Virus record (IMG/VR): IMGVR_UViG_3300036985_005814
Span: 6,328-70,327 of that record
Reading direction: 5' to 3' (one strand)
DNA length: 64,000 bases
Source of the DNA: a virus
Under the pieces are notes generated by a model. That model made no database searches. It had not been told where the DNA came from and saw nothing but the letters and a program-made list of their open reading frames with translations. The position numbers and the translations under genes are program-made. Each line of letters starts with the position of its first letter. The stretch's first letter is position 1. This document shows positions 27,529 to 37,381 of this stretch, piece after piece.

Positions 27529-29853
27529 ATGCCAAATTTCAACTGTGACCCTAATGTAGACACTGCCGGATTGGTGGATTTATCATACGGTTGGGAAGGC
27601 TGCACCTCTATAGAGAGTTTCCCGCCCAAAGATTTCAGCTCAGGGCTTAATTTCAATTATACTTGGGCTAATTGCTCTTCAATGGCAACTATCTCCACGC
27701 TTTACCTATACAACCAGTTGCGAGACGCAACCGAGTTCGTACAGACTTGGGAGGGTTGTTCGAGTCTTACGAGTTTTGGAGCTTTGGATCTGAGCTCGGC
27801 TACTCTGTTCGACCGAACTTGGAAAAACTGCAGCAGTTTGACAAGTTTTCCGTTCATTTTTGTTGATTCGGGTACCACTTTTACTAGCACCTGGGAAGGT
27901 TGCTCCAGTCTAACCTCCTTCCCTCTACTTGACGTTAGCAGCGGAACTAATTTCGTCGCTGCTTGGAAAAATTGCGAAAGTCTCAGCACATTCCCTGCTG
28001 GAATGTTCGACACTTGCACAGCAACCAACTTCAACCTTGCTTGGCAAAATTGTGCGCTTACCTTTCAAAGCATCGAAAACATTCTCGTTTCTTTGGACAC
28101 TAGCGGGGTAACTGGGGGAACTTTGAGTATTGACGGGGGAACTAACGCCTGCTTCGGGGATTGGACTGTACTTGCCACTGCCGCTTACGATGATCTAATT
28201 GGTAAATCCTGGACGATTGCTTACAACGACTGCCTTCCCGGTTATCCGCCGATCACTATTGATTTAATTCCTGAGGCTCCCTCCCCTTATGCCTTACCTT
28301 TGACTGATTACACTACTATAGATATTGTTATGCCTGCGGGTAGCGACCCTTTGATCGCAGGCCAATACAATCTTTTCACTCTCACTTTAACCCCACTTGC
28401 CGGAACCCCTGACCTCGACTACTTTTTCCCCATAACGGGGACAGGGTACGACTTCCTGGACGTGAATTACACCGGTAGTGTGTTAGGGGCCTGGGTTGGC
28501 TCACCCTGGGGACCGAATGGCCCTTATTTCTCCCCCGTGAGGATCGGAAACGGCCCCGACTACGTATTCGTGTGTACGGCTTTAAACACTTCTTTGAACA
28601 CGATTCCTGCTGGCTCGCTTCTAGGGAAGCTATATTTACACACTCCCCCAGTTTGTACGTTGGGTGTCTCAACTGGCGCGAGTTGGGAAATCTCTATCTC
28701 GCAGACAACACAACAAGAACTTGATGCCTCCTACGCGATCGGCCAAACTCTGTCGCCTGGGTACCCCCCCTTCGAACTTCGCCCCGCAGTCGTTCCAGAC
28801 CCAGCTCCGTTAGAATCCGGGTATACAGTTGACGGAGAACGTTTAACGTTCCCTCCTAGCGAACCCGCATACAGCGTGCCCGCGTGCTTACCGCCAAGTT
28901 CTGCTGCCGTATTAAATTGGGGGTCAGTTTATGGACCCGGCGGCGTCTTCTACAGGACCAGGATATACATTGAGGACTCAAGTTACTATAACGACGTCCC
29001 TTACCTGGATTTAGACTACTCAGGACCTGAACCAGTTTCCGTACAACCTTACCTTGACCCCCCGTTCGAGAATAACGGTTGGTCCATTCTTAGCGCTCCT
29101 GTTGCTACCTACGGTTCAGTCATATACGCAACGGTCGTAGGCGTTCAACTTATAAGAGTTTGGGCTGGTGCTAACCCAGCGGGCGTTCTTGTGTGGTCTG
29201 ATACCCCGCAACCACCCTCGCCCCCTGTTGCAATACAACAGACTATTTATATTCGAAGCATTCTTGAAACCATCGGTGGAAACCTGCTGACCGGGGAAGT
29301 TAACACCCCTGGACCCAACCCCACCCTTCCGGTAGTTTCCGTGTCGCCTGTTGTTGGTGTTGGGGGACCGGACTACCAAATTTTTGAGCTTATCAGTGAT
29401 TCTATTGGGTCCTACGGTGTATTCACCTTGAGTTCAAACGGAGATTTCGAATACACTGTTGATTTAACCAACGCGATAGTTGGCGACCTTAGCCCTTACA
29501 CACCCCCTTACTACACCCAGGTGAGTGAACCTTTTCAGTTCCGTGTTACAGACCTCGTCGGAAACACTAGCGAAGGTGTTGTAAACGTTACTATCCAAGC
29601 AAGCTACACAAGGGTCGCTGCTGCTTTCACTTTTGATCCCATTCCGCCCGTTCCCCCAAACCAAGGAAAGAAAAAGTGGTGGCTGAACGAACCTCTTATA
29701 TCCACCTTAGCCAACCCGAACTACACATTCTTCGGTTTAAACTACCCCTGGACCGGGCCAGTTGGTGATCCTGCTCCGTACATTGCAGGCTATACGGATC
29801 AACCCGGAAACTGGCTCATAGGCGAACCGCCGCCTGCAGGCTTCTTTGACTGA
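27529..29853 (+). CDS. surface/fibre protein with DUF285/BspA-like repeats and a VCBS-like Ig domain
   Basis: About 6 copies of (T/A)W.(G/N)CSSLTSFP; GSYGVFTLSSNGDFEYTVD. Confidence 0.65.
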   Translation: MPNFNCDPNVDTAGLVDLSYGWEGCTSIESFPPKDFSSGLNFNYTWANCSSMATISTLYLYNQLRDATEFVQTWEGCSSLTSFGALDLSSATLFDRTWKNCSSLTSFPFIFVDSGTTFTSTWEGCSSLTSFPLLDVSSGTNFVAAWKNCESLSTFPAGMFDTCTATNFNLAWQNCALTFQSIENILVSLDTSGVTGGTLSIDGGTNACFGDWTVLATAAYDDLIGKSWTIAYNDCLPGYPPITIDLIPEAPSPYALPLTDYTTIDIVMPAGSDPLIAGQYNLFTLTLTPLAGTPDLDYFFPITGTGYDFLDVNYTGSVLGAWVGSPWGPNGPYFSPVRIGNGPDYVFVCTALNTSLNTIPAGSLLGKLYLHTPPVCTLGVSTGASWEISISQTTQQELDASYAIGQTLSPGYPPFELRPAVVPDPAPLESGYTVDGERLTFPPSEPAYSVPACLPPSSAAVLNWGSVYGPGGVFYRTRIYIEDSSYYNDVPYLDLDYSGPEPVSVQPYLDPPFENNGWSILSAPVATYGSVIYATVVGVQLIRVWAGANPAGVLVWSDTPQPPSPPVAIQQTIYIRSILETIGGNLLTGEVNTPGPNPTLPVVSVSPVVGVGGPDYQIFELISDSIGSYGVFTLSSNGDFEYTVDLTNAIVGDLSPYTPPYYTQVSEPFQFRVTDLVGNTSEGVVNVTIQASYTRVAAAFTFDPIPPVPPNQGKKKWWLNEPLISTLANPNYTFFGLNYPWTGPVGDPAPYIAGYTDQPGNWLIGEPPPAGFFD

Positions 29854-29901
29854 ATCTGAAAAGTCGTAAACGGGTAAAATTAACCAGTCTCTAACCAACA
29901 C

Positions 29902-30144
29902 ATGGCTTCCAGACGACGTAGACCAGTAAACACCCCTGAAGAGAACTCATTCGAAACCATGGAAGAAGAACTTCAACCAACAGCGGAGGAAAAAACAGAA
30001 AACCCGGTAGAAGTCGTCCCCGCCGAGAGTGTAATTCCTACGAGCAACGAAGAAAAACGAGAACGAACCCCGCTGACCCCAAAACCAGTTAGACTTCACC
30101 CTCGAAACATCCCCAAATTCTCAAAGTCTCGTAAAGGTATTTGA
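29902..30144 (+). CDS. hypothetical protein
   Basis: 80-aa ORF 30 nt after GGGTAAAA. Confidence 0.6.
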   Translation: MASRRRRPVNTPEENSFETMEEELQPTAEEKTENPVEVVPAESVIPTSNEEKRERTPLTPKPVRLHPRNIPKFSKSRKGI

Positions 30145-30146
30145 GC

Positions 30147-30944
30147 ATGATCAAACTCAGAGCCTCTCCTTTTGTGCAGGACTTTGTTGCGATGCTCAAT
30201 GCAACCGAAGCAAACATGAAGTTTGCCGGGTTGCCACGGGGGACTCTTCGTGGCACGATCGTTGACATCAACGACCCGCTCAACCGGGGAAGAGTGAAGG
30301 TTATCTTCGACGACCACAATATCGAAATCCCCCAAATCTCTGGTGCCACTGGAGAATTTTCCGCTGAACGGGAAGGGGAGCAGTCGAAACCATCGCACTG
30401 GATTGACACATCTCCTGCGTTCAAAGGGAAACAACCGAAAGGTTTAGTTGGAAAACGGGTTAACATCGTTCCGTCAAGTGGTGAATACCAGTATTCTATC
30501 CTGCAAGACGTTCTGTACGATCCTCAACTTCTGGCTTCAACCGCTGAGAAAAAACTGAAGATGCCGGACAACAGCACGATGGTCCGGCTTCCGATCTACC
30601 CTGCAGGAAGTCTTCCACCGGCATCAAAGGAAAACCATGGCTGCACCGTTATTGAAGAAGGCGGACCTATGAGTTCAGACTGGATGTGCGTCTGTCTGAA
30701 ACGGCAAGGGAAATACATCTGGGTCCGTCACGTTGACCTCGCCCACGGTCACGCAGGTGAGAATGACGGCAAACAACCCCCCGACTCCCGTGGAGACGCG
30801 GAACAGCCGGTCAATGAGCAGTCAATCTGGGATTTTGTTTTCCCAACTTCTGCCAAAGCGATGGCGAAGAGTTCCCGATATGGCACTTCTCCTCGGCCAA
30901 ACCCTTACGGCGGAAAAGCCACTTGGTACGAGCCACCTTCTTGA
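30147..30944 (+). CDS. baseplate spike/hub protein with OB-fold (gpV/gp5-like)
   Basis: GTIVDINDPLNRGRVKV; H.H near the C-terminus. Confidence 0.65.
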   Translation: MIKLRASPFVQDFVAMLNATEANMKFAGLPRGTLRGTIVDINDPLNRGRVKVIFDDHNIEIPQISGATGEFSAEREGEQSKPSHWIDTSPAFKGKQPKGLVGKRVNIVPSSGEYQYSILQDVLYDPQLLASTAEKKLKMPDNSTMVRLPIYPAGSLPPASKENHGCTVIEEGGPMSSDWMCVCLKRQGKYIWVRHVDLAHGHAGENDGKQPPDSRGDAEQPVNEQSIWDFVFPTSAKAMAKSSRYGTSPRPNPYGGKATWYEPPS

Positions 30945-30947
30945 ACT

Positions 30948-31370
30948 ATGGCAATTCGTCGCCCCAGTATCTATTCGCCAACTTGGCTTTTTCAGGATTT
31001 TCTGTATCATGAAGATCCGCCGGAAGAACTTCGCTATCTTTTGGTGAAGTGGGACGGAGAGCCATTCGAAAGAGTCTCAGAAACTTTCGACTATAGTAAT
31101 CCCCCTTACCCAAACGATGAGCAAAGGGGAGGTTCGATTGTTGCCCGAATCGACTATACTATCGAAGGTTTTCTGATAACAATCGACTCCTGGGAAACAA
31201 ACTGGAAAGACGAGTGGCCTTTGCGTTTGGCGTCAAACTACCTCCAACACTGCAAATACCGGTCCGTCAAAGGTTACGTTATCCAGGTTCCGAAAGACGC
31301 ATATTCATTCTGGGTCAGCGAGCGTTACCTTCCGTTCTCTAACGACCCTAACACCAATCTTTACACCTGA
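30948..31370 (+). CDS. hypothetical protein
   Basis: 140-aa ORF in the operon. Confidence 0.6.
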   Translation: MAIRRPSIYSPTWLFQDFLYHEDPPEELRYLLVKWDGEPFERVSETFDYSNPPYPNDEQRGGSIVARIDYTIEGFLITIDSWETNWKDEWPLRLASNYLQHCKYRSVKGYVIQVPKDAYSFWVSERYLPFSNDPNTNLYT

Positions 31371-31378
31371 GGAAGCTG

Positions 31379-32458
31379 ATGGCCGCGCCCAAGATTAAAG
31401 AAATTCTGGTTTCGACTCCGACAACAGTCGTTCTGTATTTTGACGCGCCACTGGACACAAATGTGCCGGTCCCGCTAACCTCGTTCACCGTAAATTACGG
31501 GCAGTACGGGGTGGAAACTCTGATCTATTCATCGGACACAATGGTGTCGATTGGGTTAGACAGCACTCTGACACCGTGGGACCAAGCGTTCGTATCCTAC
31601 GAGCCGCCTCTTGATCTTAACTTGTGCCTACGTGGCCCAATTCCTCCCTCTGCAAATGACGTTGTCAAGAAGCGCAATGCCGTTCGCGCCTTTTACCGTG
31701 TTGCAGCGCGAAACACGCTCGCACCGGATGAGTCAACCGACGGCTCTCGAATTCAGGCCAACCTGGGTCAAACAATCGGCGGTTACGGTTTCCCGTATCA
31801 GAATCGCTCGGGGGTTTTAACCAGTCACAAGTCCGATCCCCGAAGTGCTTCTCCAGACGACTTTATTGTCGCATACGGCTTGAAAGAAGCCATTCAACTC
31901 ACCAACATTGATGATGCGGCAGCCACCTCGGTAAACGTGGCAAAGCTTCAGATGGCGATTCAAGACGCCAACTCCTTGATTGACTCTTACATTGAGCAGT
32001 CTGGGAAAGCTGGGATGGTGTTAATCACCAGCAACCGCCGCCGCACAGCTCTGGTTATCGCTCGCTATTACCTGGATACGGTTCGCCGCAGAGAAGACGT
32101 CTACAAAGATTATGACGCTGCTCTGAAGCAGATGCAGGCCGAGATGGCAATGACTGCGATCCGCGCAGGTAATGGGGACTCGGCGATTGACACTCCGCGA
32201 GGAATTATGCGGTCGTGGCGTGTGCCGCAACGTTACAACGCAGTTTCTGGAAAAGGTTTCTCAGGGTGGACAACGGACACGGCAGGGGATCAAGCGCCGG
32301 ATTACCGTCTCGGTTGGGGTGCAATCGGGCAGAACAACGATTTCCCAAACTGGATCTCGTCGGCCAACTATCTTGAACTCGGCGGCTCGCTTCTGACAGC
32401 CCAACCGAACGACGCCGGTGGTTGGTACATCGACGGTTCAAACACAAATTTCCCGTAA
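31379..32458 (+). CDS. head-tail adaptor (Mu gp36/DUF1320-like) with an extra N-terminal Ig-like domain
   Basis: EAIQLTN...AIQDANSLIDSYI...IARYYL...YDAALK. Confidence 0.7.
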   Translation: MAAPKIKEILVSTPTTVVLYFDAPLDTNVPVPLTSFTVNYGQYGVETLIYSSDTMVSIGLDSTLTPWDQAFVSYEPPLDLNLCLRGPIPPSANDVVKKRNAVRAFYRVAARNTLAPDESTDGSRIQANLGQTIGGYGFPYQNRSGVLTSHKSDPRSASPDDFIVAYGLKEAIQLTNIDDAAATSVNVAKLQMAIQDANSLIDSYIEQSGKAGMVLITSNRRRTALVIARYYLDTVRRREDVYKDYDAALKQMQAEMAMTAIRAGNGDSAIDTPRGIMRSWRVPQRYNAVSGKGFSGWTTDTAGDQAPDYRLGWGAIGQNNDFPNWISSANYLELGGSLLTAQPNDAGGWYIDGSNTNFP

Positions 32459-32461
32459 GCC

Positions 32462-33679
32462 ATGGAATTGAATACTATATCCCGTATCGAACAATACATT
32501 GTTGATGCCCTGATCGCATCACCGTTGATTCCGATTAGCGTCAACGTTCTCCGCCTTGCGGATGCGGTTGACAACGAAGGTGTTGTTCAACAAACAAATA
32601 ACATCGTTGTTCGTTACGTTGGCTCTTCAAACACGGTCAAGAATCGCATTCCGATGGTGTTTGAGCGAAACATGAGTTTCGAGTTGAATTTCTCGTGTCA
32701 GAACTATCTGACGTCGTCCGGTCACGACTTTGCGACCCAACTGATCACGGGTGCTTTCATTACTCTTAACGGCGGCGTTCCGTCTGGTGCCTCGATTCAA
32801 GTGATCGAGCCATTCACTTGCCAAAACGAGAATTTCACAGGTTTGAGTCAAGAATCCCAGTACACCTACACTCAAACATACGTACTAACGGCTGAGGAAA
32901 CCCTTCCCTTCGTTGCTCTTGACCCTTGCGTACAGCGTGGAGATTGCAGCAAAATCTTCCCCGGTCAAAACGTGGAAACACGCCTTCCGTTGGCCGGTGT
33001 TGTTGACTCGGCGAGCGGAGAGATTTACGTTCCATGGTACACAGGCAACAAGACTCCGCTGGAAGATTACTCGGCACCCTACGGGGTTCGCTGGAGCAAC
33101 CCTGCCACTCAGTCGGGAGATTGGGTGTTCATTTGTGATCCCGACACGGTCTTTCTTCCAGATCCGTTGAATCAACCGATATACTTGTTGAGCAACAATA
33201 ACTATACTGAGGATGGCAGACTTGTTGTAACCGTGTGGGATGCAGAAACTTCGGAACCGATTGAAGAAGTATTCTACTCACCTACGGGTAAGTTTTTAGC
33301 AAGGTATGCCGTGGAACTCTGGAACGACGTTGCAGGGAAAGCCGACCCGATTTCCTCTCGTGCGTCGAAGTACGCTGAGTGGTTTACGGGATTCAACGAA
33401 GGTGAATTCGCCGTTGTGACTGGCGGGTATGCCTTCTTGAACATCGACCCGTTGAACCCAGAAGCGAAGCAACTTTACCTCGACGGCGGTGCTCTTATCG
33501 GCATCAGCCCGGAGACTTTCATTCAGACGCCCAAAGGACGGTTCTACTTCGTAGCGAAATCGCCACAGGGTAGAGGGTGGATCCACGAAGATTCCTTCGA
33601 GTTGGCAACTATCAACTCTCTGTGGAAACTTGGTTGCCTGCCTTGCGACGGAAATCCTGGTCCCATTGCTCCTTGTTAA
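32462..33679 (+). CDS. putative neck/tail terminator (Mu gp37-like) with extension
   Basis: ISRIEQYIVDAL N-terminus; follows the gp36-like gene. Confidence 0.5.
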   Translation: MELNTISRIEQYIVDALIASPLIPISVNVLRLADAVDNEGVVQQTNNIVVRYVGSSNTVKNRIPMVFERNMSFELNFSCQNYLTSSGHDFATQLITGAFITLNGGVPSGASIQVIEPFTCQNENFTGLSQESQYTYTQTYVLTAEETLPFVALDPCVQRGDCSKIFPGQNVETRLPLAGVVDSASGEIYVPWYTGNKTPLEDYSAPYGVRWSNPATQSGDWVFICDPDTVFLPDPLNQPIYLLSNNNYTEDGRLVVTVWDAETSEPIEEVFYSPTGKFLARYAVELWNDVAGKADPISSRASKYAEWFTGFNEGEFAVVTGGYAFLNIDPLNPEAKQLYLDGGALIGISPETFIQTPKGRFYFVAKSPQGRGWIHEDSFELATINSLWKLGCLPCDGNPGPIAPC

Positions 33680-33837
33680 TGACCTCATCCCAAGAACTTT
33701 GGCACAATTATCATCTCGCTGTTCAACGAGGTGACATGGAAGCCGCCAAGAAAATCCTGAAGCAAATCACGAGCTACAGGGGTAATCCGCCTCCGCCATC
33801 TGGCGGGTGCGCAAAATGTAAACGGAGATTCCACTAA
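33679..33837 (+). CDS. small hypothetical protein
   Basis: MTSSQELWHNY...GGCAKCKRRFH; TAATG overlaps on both sides. Confidence 0.6.
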   Translation: MTSSQELWHNYHLAVQRGDMEAAKKILKQITSYRGNPPPPSGGCAKCKRRFH

Positions 33838-34115
33838 TGGCAAAATCACGCGAAGACATTATCAAACAGAAAGAGCTTCTGGCTCAAGACACACTTCTTG
33901 TAGCCAAAGATGCTCTCGACCAGCTTGCCAATCAGATGGAAGAGTGCTCCACTCGTGACCTCGTATCCATCTTCAATAGTGCGATCAAGGCACACAGAGA
34001 AATCACTTCGGACATCGTTGCTCTAACCCAAGTTGATTCAAAGAGCGAGCAGGAATTAGCAGTCGCGTTCGACGGGAAAGTCGGAGAGCTCTTGAAGAAA
34101 CTGACAGGAGATTGA
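33837..34115 (+). CDS. helical protein, possible terminase small subunit
   Basis: Directly upstream of the large terminase; position only. Confidence 0.4.
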   Translation: MAKSREDIIKQKELLAQDTLLVAKDALDQLANQMEECSTRDLVSIFNSAIKAHREITSDIVALTQVDSKSEQELAVAFDGKVGELLKKLTGD

Positions 34116-34116
34116 T

Positions 34117-35850
34117 ATGCGTCCGGTAATCACAAAAGCAAGCCAACTCGAAGAGCACAGCTCTTGGAGAAAATACCAGCGAGGCATTCGTGAGTTGACT
34201 CTCATGGAAGCACCACGCATGGTTATACAGGATTTTAAGTACAAAGCGGCTCGAGATTGTTTTCTTGCTTTTTGTGATATCATGAAGCACGGCGACCTCC
34301 AGGTTGCCCCGTTTCACGAACTAATCGGCTCGGCATTTGAGGATCTTGCAACAAGACGATATAAGCGGTTGATTGTTTCCTGCCCGCCTCGTTCTGGAAA
34401 GTCAATGCTTGCAACCATGTTCCTCGCCTGGTTGCTCGGGCGAGACCAGAAAACTCAGCACGTTATTGCCTCTTACGGTGCGTCCCTCTCCTTCAAGTTT
34501 CACCGTGAAGTAGTTCACATGATGAAGTCGAAGGAGTTCAAGAGGGTGTTCCCCGAGTGGCTTGGATTCTCTCCCGATTCCAAGTATGACATGGTTGGTG
34601 GAGGTTACATTCTCGCGACGTCTGTTGGCGGGGTGTTAACCGGTTTCACCGCAGGAACCACGGATATGGACAGCCCTGGCGTTGGCGCCATGGTGATTGA
34701 CGACCCTTTGAAATCTTCGGACTCAAAGCAAGCCCTGGACAACTTGGAATCCTGGTGGCAGGAGCAAGCATCCACTCGTCGAACAAACCATTACTGCCAG
34801 ATGGTTATCGCAACTCGCTTTCACGAGAAAGATCTACACGGCGTTCTGATGGACGGCGACGGTCTTTATGATGAGGTTCACAATCCCTTTGGATGGCGTT
34901 GGATCAACATCGCAGGACTTTGCGAAGATCCTTCGTTAGACCCGCTTCAACGGGAGATTGGGGAGTCGCACTGGTCGGACAACCCGACATTCTCGGTGCC
35001 GATGCTTGAGTCCCAGAAGAAGATCATGGGCAGCTTTAAGTTTGCCGCGCTTTACCAAGGTGTTCCGGTTGCCGCAGAGGGACAGATTGTCAAAAACAGT
35101 TGGATCGAAGTCGTAGACGAGGAGGATTGCCCGCCGCTGGATGTTGTGTGGCTTGCTGCTGACTGTGCGTTCTCCGAGAAACAAATGGCGGATGAGACGG
35201 CCATTTGCGTGGCGGGTATTAGCATGCGTGATCCGACTGTGATTTACATTCGCGAGATTGTCAAAGGCCGATGGGGATTTCCAGATCTCGTTGAAGCTGT
35301 GAAGCAAAACTACACATACTACCAGGCGAAAGTTCTCTGTATCGAGAAAGCCGCGTCGGGGCACTCCTTGATTCAAGTTCTTCGAAAGGAAGCCAAAGTC
35401 CCCATCGAAGAGATGCGACCGCTGAAGTCGAAGACGACGCGATTGCAGGCAATCTGTCCTTTACTCGAGAACAGTCGGGTTAAACTGGTTCAGGGGCATT
35501 GGACCGACGCCTTCATTAAAGAACTGACCGCATTCCCATTCGTTCGTCATGACGATAGCACGGATGCTTTTACTTGGGCGCTCACTTACTATGCGATGAA
35601 GATGGACGTTACTGATCGTGGCCTACAGGAAACGATTATTCAGAACAAACGATTCAAAGGGGAGCTTCTTCGTGAGGGGCTCAGTGATAAGTCGGTCTTC
35701 GGGGAGATTCGCACAGGTCGGCAGAAATTATTCTCGGGTGACACCGCGATTAACGACCCGGATTACGACGCCTCAACGATGGGAATCGACTCCCGTTCGC
35801 CGTTCGCCAGCGGAAGACGGGGTGGCAGAGGAAGGCTCGGGTACGAGTGA
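34117..35850 (+). CDS. terL: terminase large subunit
   Basis: Walker A PPRSGKS, Walker B MVIDDP, ATRFH, nuclease motifs AADCA, IEKAASG and HDDSTDA. Confidence 0.93.
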   Translation: MRPVITKASQLEEHSSWRKYQRGIRELTLMEAPRMVIQDFKYKAARDCFLAFCDIMKHGDLQVAPFHELIGSAFEDLATRRYKRLIVSCPPRSGKSMLATMFLAWLLGRDQKTQHVIASYGASLSFKFHREVVHMMKSKEFKRVFPEWLGFSPDSKYDMVGGGYILATSVGGVLTGFTAGTTDMDSPGVGAMVIDDPLKSSDSKQALDNLESWWQEQASTRRTNHYCQMVIATRFHEKDLHGVLMDGDGLYDEVHNPFGWRWINIAGLCEDPSLDPLQREIGESHWSDNPTFSVPMLESQKKIMGSFKFAALYQGVPVAAEGQIVKNSWIEVVDEEDCPPLDVVWLAADCAFSEKQMADETAICVAGISMRDPTVIYIREIVKGRWGFPDLVEAVKQNYTYYQAKVLCIEKAASGHSLIQVLRKEAKVPIEEMRPLKSKTTRLQAICPLLENSRVKLVQGHWTDAFIKELTAFPFVRHDDSTDAFTWALTYYAMKMDVTDRGLQETIIQNKRFKGELLREGLSDKSVFGEIRTGRQKLFSGDTAINDPDYDASTMGIDSRSPFASGRRGGRGRLGYE

Positions 35851-35901
35851 TTGGCGATTGGTAACCGCCTAAAAAGTTGCTGTTGTTTACAACAGATTAC
35901 C

Positions 35902-36099
35902 ATGGCTATTCATCCGACTGACTTTAACAGTGAGATTATGCGTGCCGAACACGGCACCGTAGTATTGGCAACTTCGCCAATAGCTGACCAGTATTTGCAG
36001 AAAGCAAGAGCGAGACAATACAACGTACCGAACGACCGGTACTCACGATGGTGTGGCGGGCAAAACGGGTTTGACGACTTCGCCGAGCGGCTTCATTAA
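35902..36099 (+). CDS. small hypothetical protein
   Basis: ATG at 35902 (MAIHPTDFNSE...). Confidence 0.55.
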   Translation: MAIHPTDFNSEIMRAEHGTVVLATSPIADQYLQKARARQYNVPNDRYSRWCGGQNGFDDFAERLH

Positions 36100-36103
36100 G
36101 GGG

Positions 36104-36793
36104 TTAAACCTTTTCCAGAGAGGAAGCTATTAGGAAGATAAGGTCTAGCTTGTGCATCTTTCTTCTTTCGGGATGGGTGTGGTGATCAGAATGAAATTCT
36201 TCGCCCCACATCAGTGGGTAGAGGAAGGGAACATTCAGAGAGCTATCACCCTCCCCCTCACCTGAATGATTCACAATAAAGATTAGGTTCAGCATCCAAA
36301 AAGACACCACCGGTATAAAGGGGAACACAAGGGACGAAAAGAGAAAGAATTTTGCGTTGTTCTGATGCTGCAAAAGAATCTCGTCGTCTCTCAAGTATCT
36401 CGCGTAGGACTTAACAGGTGGATAGAATTTTTCGTCCCATTGTTTGAAGATTGTCTTTACCAAACCTATCCGACGAAAGTCGTGCGGGTCGAGCCGAGTG
36501 TCGCTATACTTGTGGTGTTGAGTGTGAACTGCGCAATTGACGGCAAGGCTACCGAACCCGCACATTGAAAAGAGGTTGCACAGAAACCTCTTAACTCGGA
36601 GAGAAAAGTGAAATTGATTGTGTGCAACTGCCCTATGCATAAACGCATAAGTTGCGGTATTGAAAATGAGCAGTCCCAAGAATAAAGCGGTTACTGCATA
36701 GATTTGACCGAAAACGTAAAGATACACCGCCAGGACGACATGGCTTAACGTGTAAAGAGTTGCGTATAGTCTTGCGTTCCTTTGCAGTTTCAT
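36104..36793 (-). CDS. membrane fatty-acid (acyl-lipid) desaturase
   Basis: Three His boxes HRAVAH, HTQHH(KYSDT..DPH) and EEFHSDHH; hydrophobic segments. Confidence 0.85.
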   Translation of the reverse strand: MKLQRNARLYATLYTLSHVVLAVYLYVFGQIYAVTALFLGLLIFNTATYAFMHRAVAHNQFHFSLRVKRFLCNLFSMCGFGSLAVNCAVHTQHHKYSDTRLDPHDFRRIGLVKTIFKQWDEKFYPPVKSYARYLRDDEILLQHQNNAKFFLFSSLVFPFIPVVSFWMLNLIFIVNHSGEGEGDSSLNVPFLYPLMWGEEFHSDHHTHPERRKMHKLDLIFLIASSLEKV

Positions 36794-36794
36794 T

Positions 36795-37259
36795 TCAACC
36801 CGCTGCCCTGAAGTCTTTGAAGTAAAGATCCACCTTAACGGAAGGCTCGAATTGGTACCTTCTTAAGAGGTTATCCGAGATTTTACTGTTTTTCCGAAGA
36901 ATGGCAACCCCTTTCACGTTGGGTTGCTGAAAGTTGCGCAAGAGGTTGTACGTTTTGTTCAGAATCTTCGGTCTGTCACAGTGACCTGGTAAAATAAAGA
37001 CCCCGAGGTAGTAGTATTTGCCTTGCAGGTGGGACGAATACTGCTGAATTCCCGTTACGGTTCCCACGATCGCGTTCGTTGGTTTGTGCCAAATTGCTAT
37101 TACAAGCTTATCAAGCCTGCTCTTCGCAAGATTAAGGCTGTAGATTTTGTTGTTTACCCATAGATCTACAACTTGAGTTTGAACCACCGTCGTTTTTAAG
37201 TCTTCGCCAAAAAGTACACTGTACTCCCTATTTTGATCTTCAGTCACAACTCTGACCAA
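36795..37259 (-). CDS. hypothetical protein, possibly GNAT-like
   Basis: NAIVGT...YYYLGVFILPGH; co-oriented with the desaturase; start uncertain. Confidence 0.45.
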   Translation of the reverse strand: MVRVVTEDQNREYSVLFGEDLKTTVVQTQVVDLWVNNKIYSLNLAKSRLDKLVIAIWHKPTNAIVGTVTGIQQYSSHLQGKYYYLGVFILPGHCDRPKILNKTYNLLRNFQQPNVKGVAILRKNSKISDNLLRRYQFEPSVKVDLYFKDFRAAG

Positions 37260-37310
37260 GGCAGTTGATTGTTGTCATTTTGTTTGGACTTGCGTTCACT
37301 AAGCTATTTC

Positions 37311-37320
37311 AATCTTACCC
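37311..37320 (-). promoter_or_regulatory. late-promoter motif on the minus strand
   Basis: Reverse complement reads GGGTAAGATT, identical to 165-174; points into the desaturase cassette. Confidence 0.6.
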
Positions 37321-37381
37321 GCCACCCGGTGTTCGTCGGGGAGGTAGGGTAAAATTCACTGTACGAGTTGCCCTTCCAACC

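Noticed and set aside
11241-33679. Transposable Mu-like prophage
   Set aside because: Only morphogenesis genes are Mu-like; there is no transposase, repressor or host flank, and the phage has its own polymerase
603-35850. Inteins or further introns in the polymerase, portal or terminase
   Set aside because: Motifs are contiguous at normal spacing, with no intein termini or intron core elements noticed
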